Positions 20,525 to 28,695 of a DNA stretch of 49,281 bases are shown in pieces. Under the pieces are notes generated by a model. That model saw nothing but the letters and a program-made list of their open reading frames with translations, did not search any database and was not told where the DNA came from. Within the stretch, counting starts at the first letter, position 1; each line of letters starts with the position of its first letter. The DNA is from Lutibacter sp. (lineage in GTDB: Bacteria; Bacteroidota; Bacteroidia; Flavobacteriales; Flavobacteriaceae): assembly GCA_014859175.1 (NCBI GenBank), contig JACUUQ010000001.1, positions 1-49,281 on the forward strand. Direction: 5' to 3'. The position numbers and the translations under genes were made by a program.

Positions 20525-21784
20525 TTAATCTTTAAATTCTTCTCTTAATATTTTTTGAACCTCTAAAATGGTTTCTTCTTCTAAATCGGTTCTGCTAACA
20601 AGCTCGTTAATGTCTTTTTCCAAGACGCTTCTTGCGGTGTCTAAACCAATATTTTTAAATTCCTGAATCACCCAAGCTTCAATTTCATCAGAAAATTCTG
20701 TCAATTCAACATCGTCTTCCGCTTCAACGCCTTCACGCTGCACATCAAGTTCATAACCGGTTAATTGAGAAGCCAAGCGAATGTTTACGCCGTTTTTTCC
20801 AATTGCTTTTGACACTTCTTCAGGCAATAAATATACGTCAACCCTTCCTTTTTTTCCATCTTCACGGCCTTCTTCTTCATGAATTTTCATGGAAACTACC
20901 TTTGCCGGGCTCAAGGCTCTTGCAATATAAAGTTGTGTATTTTTTGTGTAATTGATTACGTCAATATTTTCATTCCCCAATTCGCGAACGATGCCGTGAA
21001 TACGAGATCCTTTCATTCCAACACAGGCGCCAACGGGGTCAATTCTGTCATCATAAGAATCTACGGCTACTTTTGCTTTTTCGCCCGGAATTCTTGCAAC
21101 ACCTTCAATAGTGATCAATCCGTCAAAAACTTCCGGAATTTCTTGTTCAAATAATTTCACCAAAAATTCAGGTGCTGTTCTTGATAAAATAATTACGGGT
21201 TTGTTGCCGCGCAATTCTACGGATTTAATGATGCCGCGAACGTTGTCTCCTTTTCTGAAGTAATCCGAACGAATTTGTTCGTTTTTTGGTAATATGATTT
21301 CATTGCCGTCATCATCTAACAATATAATTGCATTATGACGAATGTGGTGAACTTCAGCAGTGTAAATATCTCCTTCCAGCGCTTTAAATTGTTTAAAAGT
21401 ATTTGTGCTGTCGTGTTCGTGTATTTTTGAAATAAGGTTTTGGCGCAAGGCTAAAATGGCTCTTCTCCCAAGGTCGATTAATTTCACTTCTTCAGAAACA
21501 TCTTCCCCAATTTCAAAATCCGGTTCAATTTTTCGTGCTTCTGAAAGTTCAATTTCCTCATTGTCATCTTCCGACATTCCATCCGCAACCACAATGCGAT
21601 TTCTCCAAATTTCTAAATCGCCTTTATCAGGATTTATAATAATATCAAAATTATCATCAGATCCGAATTTTCTTTTTAAAGCAGCTCTAAAAACCTCTTC
21701 AAGTATTGCCATAAGCGTTACCCTATCTATGTTTTTATCTCCTTTGAAATCTGAAAACGACTCAATTAATGCTATATTTTCCAT
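20525..21784 (-). CDS. nusA: Transcription termination/antitermination factor NusA
   Basis: S1 and KH domains, IDPVGACVGMKGSRI, AIGKNGVNIRLASQLTG. Confidence 0.98.
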   Translation of the reverse strand: MENIALIESFSDFKGDKNIDRVTLMAILEEVFRAALKRKFGSDDNFDIIINPDKGDLEIWRNRIVVADGMSEDDNEEIELSEARKIEPDFEIGEDVSEEVKLIDLGRRAILALRQNLISKIHEHDSTNTFKQFKALEGDIYTAEVHHIRHNAIILLDDDGNEIILPKNEQIRSDYFRKGDNVRGIIKSVELRGNKPVIILSRTAPEFLVKLFEQEIPEVFDGLITIEGVARIPGEKAKVAVDSYDDRIDPVGACVGMKGSRIHGIVRELGNENIDVINYTKNTQLYIARALSPAKVVSMKIHEEEGREDGKKGRVDVYLLPEEVSKAIGKNGVNIRLASQLTGYELDVQREGVEAEDDVELTEFSDEIEAWVIQEFKNIGLDTARSVLEKDINELVSRTDLEEETILEVQKILREEFKD

Positions 21785-21796
21785 GCACTCTCTTAA

Positions 21797-22264
21797 TTAA
21801 AATATTATTTTCACTTTTGCCTCTAAAATATCACTAAATGGGAATGTTGAATTTTTAATAACCGTTACTTTTCCTTTACCTAAAGGTTTTGGTTCACGGG
21901 TTTTCCATTCCAACTCAATCTCATTGTCAGTCACATTTTTAAGAACGCCTTCAATAGTGGTATTGTCTTTTAACTTTAACGTTAAAACTCTATTGATATT
22001 TTTTATGTACTGCCGATTAACTTTTAAAGGATTTGCAATATCCGGGGAAGCGACCTCTAGCGAAAAATCTTCGATTTCCCTGTCTAAATTATGCTCTATC
22101 CCACGGCTAATTCTAATGCATTCCTTTAAGGTTACGCCATGATCGCCGTCAACTTCAACAGAAATCTTATTATCCGCCAAAAATTTTAAGTCTATCAAAA
22201 ACAATTCTGGGTTTTCTTCGATAGCTTCTTTAACCAAATTTATGACTTTTTCTTTTTGTATCAT
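21797..22264 (-). CDS. rimP: Ribosome maturation factor RimP
   Basis: DGDHGV..C..ISR, LEVASP; first gene of rimP-nusA-infB. Confidence 0.93.
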   Translation of the reverse strand: MIQKEKVINLVKEAIEENPELFLIDLKFLADNKISVEVDGDHGVTLKECIRISRGIEHNLDREIEDFSLEVASPDIANPLKVNRQYIKNINRVLTLKLKDNTTIEGVLKNVTDNEIELEWKTREPKPLGKGKVTVIKNSTFPFSDILEAKVKIIF

Positions 22265-22269
22265 ACTAT

Positions 22270-22330
22270 AAAAAGAGGGGACTTATGTCCCCTCCTAGTC
22301 CTTTTTCTGTTCTAATTCGGTGCAAATATA
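22270..22330 (-). promoter_or_regulatory. rimP promoter and leader terminator/attenuator
   Basis: Minus-strand TATATTTG (22323-22330), then gaggggac-ataa-gtcccctc (22276-22295) plus tttttt, ending 5 nt before the ATG. Confidence 0.7.
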
Positions 22331-22423
22331 CTAAGATTTTTTTAAATGATAAAAATTCATGTTTATTTTTAATTTAAAATTATTAACTTAGCGTTAGGAT
22401 AATAAACTATACAATAAATTTTT

Positions 22424-23254
22424 ATGAGAAGTATTCTAGTCCCTATTGATTTTTCGGAACAAGCAAAATATGCCGCAAAAGTGGCGTCAGATATTGCCAG
22501 ACACACAAATTCGAAAATATTTTTGTTGCATATGCTTGAACTTCCCACAGGAATTATAGATCCTGCAGGCTACGGTTCTTCAAGTAATACGCCTTCGGCC
22601 CTGTTATTTTTGAAAAGAGCTCATGAGAAGTTTGAGGAATTTAAAAAACTGCCATTTTTAGAGGGTTTAGAAGTGGAAGATTCTGTGCAATTTCACAAAG
22701 CGTTTGATGGAATTATAGACGAAAGTAAAAAGCAAAATGCTGATTTAATAGTGATGGGTTCAAAAGGAACTTCCGGACTTGAAGAAATGTTGGTGGGCTC
22801 AAATACTGAAAAAGTTGTAAGAAATTCGGATATTCCCGTGCTTGTTATTAAAAGGGATATTGATAAGTTTAAAATTGAAAATATCGTTTTTGCTTCTAAT
22901 TTTAAAATTGATCACAGAAAAGCATTCCAAAAAATATTGGATTTTGCGTCGCTTTTTAATGCCCGACTGCATTTGCTTAAAATAAACACCATTCATAATT
23001 TCGAAACTACCAAAGAATCGAGTGACGCCATAAGAAACTTTATCAACGATTTCGATTTGGGCGATTATACCTTAAATATCTACAATGATGTTTCTGTGGA
23101 AGCAGGGATTTTAAATTTTTCTAAAGTGATAGATGCGGATGTTATCTTATTAAATACTAGCGGAAGAAGAGGTTTGTCGCATTTATTCAACGGTAGCATT
23201 GGGGAAGATTTGGCAAATCACGCAAAATTACCTGTTATTACCTTTAAATTGTAG
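22424..23254 (+). CDS. Universal stress protein (tandem Usp domains)
   Basis: ILVPIDFS, DLIVMGSKG..G...GSNTEKVVR..PVLVI, plus a second degenerate Usp domain. Confidence 0.93.
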   Translation: MRSILVPIDFSEQAKYAAKVASDIARHTNSKIFLLHMLELPTGIIDPAGYGSSSNTPSALLFLKRAHEKFEEFKKLPFLEGLEVEDSVQFHKAFDGIIDESKKQNADLIVMGSKGTSGLEEMLVGSNTEKVVRNSDIPVLVIKRDIDKFKIENIVFASNFKIDHRKAFQKILDFASLFNARLHLLKINTIHNFETTKESSDAIRNFINDFDLGDYTLNIYNDVSVEAGILNFSKVIDADVILLNTSGRRGLSHLFNGSIGEDLANHAKLPVITFKL

Positions 23255-23339
23255 CGTAAAAAACTCGAATTTTTATTTAATTTAAGAAGTTTAGTTATCG
23301 TAGATCAAGGTAGCTGGAATTTCTTTTAATTGGCTAATT

Positions 23340-23438
23340 TTATGAAATTGAACTCATAACAGAAACCACCAAAGCAATTGAACAGCTTGAAATAAAAAAG
23401 AACAAGAGTATTAAGAACAGAATCTTTATTTGTTTCAT
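23340..23438 (-). CDS. Putative 32-aa hydrophobic lipoprotein-like peptide (not in ORF track)
   Basis: ATG..TAA gives MKQIKILFLILLFFFISSCSIALVVSVMSSIS. Preceded by promoter TAATTTTG (23466-23473, minus strand). Confidence 0.45.
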   Translation of the reverse strand: MKQIKILFLILLFFFISSCSIALVVSVMSSIS

Positions 23439-23465
23439 TGGTTATTTGTTTGAAATTGGGTTTTT

Positions 23466-23514
23466 CAAAATTATTCATTGATAAATAAAAAACCTTACGG
23501 GTTTCCGTAAGGTT
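23466..23514 (-). promoter_or_regulatory. Palindrome/promoter module copy 1
   Basis: aaccttacgg-gttt-ccgtaaggtt (23491-23514), 17 nt upstream of minus-strand TAATTTTG (23466-23473). Confidence 0.65.
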
Positions 23515-23651
23515 TTGCTTATTGTATAAATTTTGAAGATTTAAAATTTATTAATCATGATTTGTTTTCTTTGAGTTTAAGCAATTTCCCCTTATTTAAA
23601 TCATCAGTTTATACAATAACGGCAATTCATATTTTGAATAATTCCGTCTTC

Positions 23652-23700
23652 CAAAGATATCCTGCTAAAAACAAAAAACCTTACGGGAAACCGTAAGGTT
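23652..23700 (-). promoter_or_regulatory. Palindrome/promoter module copy 2
   Basis: aaccttacgg-gaaa-ccgtaaggtt (23677-23700), 17 nt upstream of minus-strand TATCTTTG (23652-23659). May also terminate the response-regulator transcript. Confidence 0.65.
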
Positions 23701-23720
23701 GGCATTATTGAAAAAATATT

Positions 23721-24389
23721 TTAGATAAGTCCTAAATCCTTTGAGATTGACACAAGATGAACTACGTTATTTGCATTAAAGTATTCTTTTAGGATTTTTA
23801 ATCTTTTTTCAATACTGCTCATACTTGTGGGTGCGTAATTTTTATTTTTTAAGGCAGTACTTATTTCTTCTTGAGAATATCCTTCGGCAAGGCAATTGAT
23901 AAGGAAAATATCATATTCGGCAATTTCTATAACTTCATTTTGAGATAAAGCGCCTGCCACATGCGGAGAAATGTAAAATCCGTTAGAATTGCAAATAATT
24001 TGTATAGCTTTTTTTAATTCTCTCAATCCATTTCTGCTTTTCCATACATAAGCATTAATTTTATCTTCATTGCATAAAGTTTGAATTCTGTATGTTTTAT
24101 CTTCCACAGAGAATACAACAATTTTTAAATCGGGAAATTCTTTTCTAACCGCTTTTATAAGTTCTTCGCCCGAATTTAATTTTTGCGCCGTATGGTCTTT
24201 ATTAAAGGATAAGTCGCTAATTAATAAATCAAAAGGAGCGTTATTTATTTTGGCGCTTTTTAATTTTAACAATGCTTCATCGCAATATTGGGTATAATCT
24301 ATTTCTTTTATTTCTAACTTGGCTAGCTCAGCTCTTATGCCGCTGTTAATAAAGTCCATATCTTCAGCTATTAAAACTTTTTGAAACAT
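23721..24389 (-). CDS. Response regulator, receiver plus LuxR/NarL-like HTH
   Basis: LIAED, LLISDLSF (phospho-Asp), VFS, WK; C-terminal GYSQEEIS..SIEKRLK..LVSISKDLGLI. Confidence 0.9.
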   Translation of the reverse strand: MFQKVLIAEDMDFINSGIRAELAKLEIKEIDYTQYCDEALLKLKSAKINNAPFDLLISDLSFNKDHTAQKLNSGEELIKAVRKEFPDLKIVVFSVEDKTYRIQTLCNEDKINAYVWKSRNGLRELKKAIQIICNSNGFYISPHVAGALSQNEVIEIAEYDIFLINCLAEGYSQEEISTALKNKNYAPTSMSSIEKRLKILKEYFNANNVVHLVSISKDLGLI

Positions 24390-24394
24390 TCGCG

Positions 24395-26341
24395 TTATTT
24401 TTTAAAAAAAATTGACACCTTAAATCCTTTGTTTAAAGTTGTTTCAAAAGTAACCGTTCCGTCTATGGCTTTTATACGGTTTTCCACATTTTTAAGCCCA
24501 TTTTTTAAAGTTAATGCTTCTTCACTGGTTCCAATTCCATTATCTGAGTATTTTATAGTACAATAATTTTTATCGTCACTAAAAGAAATAACCACTAAAT
24601 TGGCCTCGCTGTGTTTTCTCATATTCACCATCAACTCTTGCAAAACCCTGTAAATGGTTATTTGCTTGTGTTTTTCTATAAGGTGCAGTTTTGCTTCTTG
24701 AAGGTTTTTTATAAATATTTTGCAATGCTCGTTATTAAATCCGGAGAGCATGTTTTTTAAAAATTTTTCAAAATTAATTCCGGTTTCAATGGTGTTATTT
24801 TCGTACGAAATATTTCTGGTTTGTAAATATACCTTATCTAAATCATCCAGTATTTGCGGGGTGCTATCAGTTGAATATTGGATTTTATTCATAATGTTGT
24901 ACACATCATTGGCAACTTCATCGTGTATTTTTTTTGCTATGCGCGTTTCGGTTTTATAAACCTCCTGTATTTTTTCCTGCTTGTGTTTTTGTTTTCTGTA
25001 AAAGCCAAAAATGAGCAATCCTAAAACAATTGAACTTCCGGTAACACCAGTAATTATATTTCTGTTTTTTTCTTTTTCCAGCTCTAATTCTTTTTTTGCC
25101 GATAAAATTTTTAATTGCAGATTTTCATCGCGATTTTTTTTGCTGTCGTATTTAAGTTTTGCAAACTTATTTAACGCATTTTGCTCAGCATCACTTAAAC
25201 TGTCACTAATTTTTACATACCTTATGTAATATTCTTTTGTTTTATTGGAATTTTCAAGGTTGATAAGTTTTTGCAAAGCTTCAAGTTGATCTTGCGGACT
25301 CTTTTGGCGTGTTGCGATATGGTACATTTTTGTAGCATATTCAAGCGCTTTTTTCTGATTTTTTTGCTCATAATAATCTGAAAGATGTGCATAGCTTGCG
25401 TTTAATCCAAATAAATCATTTTCTTCTAAACGAATAACCAAAGCGGTTTGCAAATCGTCAAGTACATTTTCATTTTCGTTGGCCAACCATTTTGTAAAAG
25501 CAAGATTGTCCAGTATTCTGGCTTTGGTTTTCGGAATATTGATCAGTAAAGGATTCATTAATAAATCATTAAGTATATTAATGGAATTTTCATAATCATT
25601 CAGAGATCTAAAAGCATTTGCTTTATTGTTTAAAATTGTAATTTTCTCGATTTCATTTTCTGAAATATGATAGGCTTTATCATACCAATAAATAGCTTCT
25701 GAATAATCATTTTGTTTTTTTGCGGATATGGCGATGCAGTTATAGACAGAAGTCAGGTATTGTACATTATTCTTTTCTAAATATTTTAAAGCCTGAATGG
25801 CAGTCTCGTCACTGCCGTAATAATCGCCAAAATCAGATTGAATGATGGCTATTTGCGCCAAATTTTCACCAACTTTTGATTTATTGCCAAGATTCATGTG
25901 AATCTCTCTGGAAAGATTGTAAAAAAGGAAGGCGCTGTCTTTTTGATGATTTAAACTAAAATAATAAGCCAGTCTCGAAAAATTATTTCCAATTTCTACC
26001 GAGTCGTTTTTTGCCATGGAAGTGCGCAATAATTCCTTGCTGCTGGCAATTGCGCTGTCTGGCAGTTTTAAGTTTCCGAATAGATATGACTTATGAACCA
26101 ATATTTCTTCAATACTTTTTGAATTAGGCGCAGTTTTTTTAGCAATTCTAAGGGCTTTATTTGCATGGTTTAAACATATGGAGTCTCCAGAAGCAGCGTC
26201 TTTCATTTTTTGGATGTAAAAATCGACAGAATCTATTGAAGATTTTTTTGCTTTGTCGATTTTCTCTTTTTTGCTGCACGAAGTAAACTGCATCAGAACA
26301 AAAATCAAAAGAAAGAGGAAAATAATTTTTAAGTGTTTCAT
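24395..26341 (-). CDS. TPR-containing sensor histidine kinase (HisKA_3 type) with lipoprotein-like signal
   Basis: N-terminal MKHLKIIFLFLLIFVLMQFTSC, helical TPR repeats, one TM (IITGVTGSSIVLGLLIFGFY), RIAKKIHDEVAN, QELMVNMRKHS, DNGIG, GLKNVENRI. Confidence 0.9.
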   Translation of the reverse strand: MKHLKIIFLFLLIFVLMQFTSCSKKEKIDKAKKSSIDSVDFYIQKMKDAASGDSICLNHANKALRIAKKTAPNSKSIEEILVHKSYLFGNLKLPDSAIASSKELLRTSMAKNDSVEIGNNFSRLAYYFSLNHQKDSAFLFYNLSREIHMNLGNKSKVGENLAQIAIIQSDFGDYYGSDETAIQALKYLEKNNVQYLTSVYNCIAISAKKQNDYSEAIYWYDKAYHISENEIEKITILNNKANAFRSLNDYENSINILNDLLMNPLLINIPKTKARILDNLAFTKWLANENENVLDDLQTALVIRLEENDLFGLNASYAHLSDYYEQKNQKKALEYATKMYHIATRQKSPQDQLEALQKLINLENSNKTKEYYIRYVKISDSLSDAEQNALNKFAKLKYDSKKNRDENLQLKILSAKKELELEKEKNRNIITGVTGSSIVLGLLIFGFYRKQKHKQEKIQEVYKTETRIAKKIHDEVANDVYNIMNKIQYSTDSTPQILDDLDKVYLQTRNISYENNTIETGINFEKFLKNMLSGFNNEHCKIFIKNLQEAKLHLIEKHKQITIYRVLQELMVNMRKHSEANLVVISFSDDKNYCTIKYSDNGIGTSEEALTLKNGLKNVENRIKAIDGTVTFETTLNKGFKVSIFFKK

Positions 26342-26425
26342 TTTTTAAAACAATGTAAAAGGGGTTGATTTTTCAATAAATTTCTTGGTCTTTTGGCGAT
26401 ACTTTCAGCTCTTTTTGTCAGCTTG

Positions 26426-27214
26426 CTATTTCAAATCTTTAGGTATTTCACAAATAGGTATCGGAATCATTTTATGTTTATTTGCGCTGTTTCTTTTCGT
26501 AAAAATGGCAAAAACTTCTTTTTCCCGATTGTTAAAATCGGTTATTTTTTTACCAGACTCAACCTGCTTCATCGCCCATTCCAATTCGTCATAACTGGCG
26601 CCAATTTGGTCTTCATCGGTGCGGCTGTCACCAAATAAGCCGTCGGTTGGTTTCGCCTTTTGTATGGAATCTGGTACGCCCAAAATTTTCGCAATTTCGT
26701 AAACTTCCGATTTCATTAAATCGGCAATCGGACTTATATCTACGCCGCCATCGCCGTATTTAGTGAAAAATCCAACGCCAAAATCTTCCACTTTATTACC
26801 TGTTCCTGCCACCAAATAACCCCGTATTCCGGCAAAATAATACAAAGTAGCCATTCGCAAACGCGCACGGGTATTGGCCAACGATAAGTTTACGGCATCC
26901 AAATTGCCATCGGTTGGAACCGCCAATTTAAATTCTTCAAAAGTTGCCGTTAAATTTATTTCTTCGGAAGTGATGTTTTTAAACTTATTTTTAAGCTGTT
27001 CAATATGTTCTTTTCCTCGAGAAACCTGATTTTTATCCTGATGAATGGGCATTTCAACGCATAAAACCGGAAAACCTGTTTTGGCGCAAAGCGTTGAGGT
27101 GACGGCAGAATCTATACCACCCGAAATTCCGACCACAAAACCATTCACGTTCGATTTTTCGGCATATTCCTTTAACCAACTTACAATATATCCTACAACT
27201 TTTTCGGCGTTCAT
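26426..27214 (-). CDS. nadE: NH3-dependent NAD+ synthetase
   Basis: GISGGIDSAV, NTRARLRM, GTGNKVE, FTKYGDG; no glutaminase domain. Confidence 0.96.
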   Translation of the reverse strand: MNAEKVVGYIVSWLKEYAEKSNVNGFVVGISGGIDSAVTSTLCAKTGFPVLCVEMPIHQDKNQVSRGKEHIEQLKNKFKNITSEEINLTATFEEFKLAVPTDGNLDAVNLSLANTRARLRMATLYYFAGIRGYLVAGTGNKVEDFGVGFFTKYGDGGVDISPIADLMKSEVYEIAKILGVPDSIQKAKPTDGLFGDSRTDEDQIGASYDELEWAMKQVESGKKITDFNNREKEVFAIFTKRNSANKHKMIPIPICEIPKDLK

Positions 27215-27273
27215 AATTAATTTATTTTAGTAATTTTGACGTTTTAAACAAAGAAGCGTAAATATATAAATTA

Positions 27274-28233
27274 ATGAACAGACTTTTTATTCTTGCAATT
27301 GTTTTATTCTTGTCGATTTCCTGTAAAAAGGCTGTTACCAAAAAAGTTGATGTGTCAAATATAGAGGTTGCTGTTTCTGTAAACAGATTTGAGCAAAAAT
27401 TCTATGAAGCCGATGAAACAACGCTTCCGGCGCTAAAAAATGAATTTCCGTATTTGTTTCCGGCTCAAAACGACAGTGTTTGGATGAACAAAATTAATGA
27501 TGATGAAGAAAGGGAATTGTACAGCAAATCTCAAGAGGTTTTTAAAGATTTTGAAAATGAAAAAGCACAAATTGAAGACTTGTTTAAACACGTAAAATAT
27601 GAGCATCCCAATTTTAATGCTCCCAAAATAATTACGCTTATCACCAATTTGGACTACCAAAGCAAAATTGTTTATGCCGATAGTTTGCTGTTTGTTTCTT
27701 TGGATATGTATTTGGGGAAAAACAGCGAGGTTTATCAGGATTTCCCGGTTTATTTATCTCAAAACTTCGACAAGTCGCAATTGGCAGTTGATATGGCCAG
27801 CGCCATAAGTGACCGATATTTTACGGCAGCCAAAAGTCGGCAGTTTTTGGATATGGTGATTGGCGCCGGCAAAAAAATGGTGATGATTGACCGTTATTTG
27901 CCTTCAGTTTCAGACCCCCAAAAAATAGGATACAGCAATGAGGGGTATGCTTGGGCAGTGGCCAACGAATCGCAAATTTGGAAATATTTTATAGAAAACA
28001 AGTTGCTTTACAGCACCGATTCAAAATTGGTGGATCGTTTTATGGCGGAGGCGCCGTTTTCAAAATTTTATATCGATATTGATAAAGAATCTCCCGGAAG
28101 AATAGGTGTTTGGTTGGGCTGGCAAATTGTGCGCGCCTATACGGCTAACAATAATGACGTAACTTTGCAGCAACTTTTAAAAACTGACGCTGAAGAAATA
28201 TTTAATAAATCGAAATATAAACCAAAAAAATAA
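27274..28233 (+). CDS. gldB: Gliding motility lipoprotein GldB
   Basis: Lipoprotein signal LSISC; LDMYLG, NE.QIW.YF, APFSKFY..ID.ESPGR.G.W.GWQIV, SKYKPKK; overlaps gldC. Confidence 0.92.
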   Translation: MNRLFILAIVLFLSISCKKAVTKKVDVSNIEVAVSVNRFEQKFYEADETTLPALKNEFPYLFPAQNDSVWMNKINDDEERELYSKSQEVFKDFENEKAQIEDLFKHVKYEHPNFNAPKIITLITNLDYQSKIVYADSLLFVSLDMYLGKNSEVYQDFPVYLSQNFDKSQLAVDMASAISDRYFTAAKSRQFLDMVIGAGKKMVMIDRYLPSVSDPQKIGYSNEGYAWAVANESQIWKYFIENKLLYSTDSKLVDRFMAEAPFSKFYIDIDKESPGRIGVWLGWQIVRAYTANNNDVTLQQLLKTDAEEIFNKSKYKPKK

Positions 28234-28568
28234 TGGCAGTAGTACAAACATCAAAAATTGAATTTATTGTAGGATTGGACGAAAATAAAGTGCCTGAAAC
28301 AATAAACTGGACAGCCGATGACGGTGAAATTGAAAATGCGAAATCAAAAGCCTTGATGATTTCTGTTTGGAATCCTGAAAAAAAAGAAACGCTTCGCATG
28401 GATTTGTGGACAAAAGATATGCCGATTGATGAGATGAAACAGTTTTTTCATGAAACCTTGGTTTCCATGGCCACTTCTTTTGACCGTGCAACCAACGACC
28501 ATAAGATGAGTGCCACAATGCTCGATTTCTGTGATTATTTTGCCGAAAAACTGGAGTTGAAAAAGTAG
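28233..28568 (+). CDS. gldC: Gliding motility protein GldC
   Basis: LDENKVPE.I.W.A.DG..KA...S.W...ETLRMDLWTKDMP.DEMK.FFH. Confidence 0.94.
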   Translation: MAVVQTSKIEFIVGLDENKVPETINWTADDGEIENAKSKALMISVWNPEKKETLRMDLWTKDMPIDEMKQFFHETLVSMATSFDRATNDHKMSATMLDFCDYFAEKLELKK

Positions 28569-28621
28569 GGACGGGTCGCGACCTGTCCGTTCTTTAGGGA
28601 CAGGTCGCGACCTGTCCGTTC
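28565..28621 (+). repeat. Two tandem GTAG-type REP palindromes
   Basis: gtagggacgggtcgcgacctgtccgttc (28565-28592) and ttagggacaggtcgcgacctgtccgttc (28594-28621), each folding ggac(a/g)ggtc-gc-gacctgtcc. Confidence 0.8.
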
Positions 28622-28660
28622 CAAATGTTAAATGGTTTATTTGTTGAATTGTTCGGTTCT

Positions 28661-28680
28661 TGAAACCTGAAACCTGAAAC
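28661..28680. repeat. Heptamer microsatellite
   Basis: tgaaacc tgaaacc tgaaac. Confidence 0.7.
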
Positions 28681-28695
28681 AACCAAAACCAGCAA

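Noticed and set aside
19576-21800. Several plus-strand ORFs of 70-142 aa
   Set aside because: Antisense shadows of infB and nusA. The same applies to the other short opposite-strand ORFs inside housekeeping genes.
23604-23630. MNCRYCIN micro-ORF as a peptide or IS1 InsA remnant
   Set aside because: Only 8 codons with no continuation in other frames; not distinguishable from chance.
23491-23700. Palindrome pair as CRISPR repeats or IS/MITE ends
   Set aside because: Two copies 186 bp apart, no cas or transposase, no target-site duplication seen.
28565-28621. Possible mini CRISPR array
   Set aside because: Only two units separated by 1 nt, no spacer, no cas genes; fits REP.
28344-28682. 112-aa minus-strand ORF
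   Set aside because: Translates repeats and the antisense of gldC; not protein-like.
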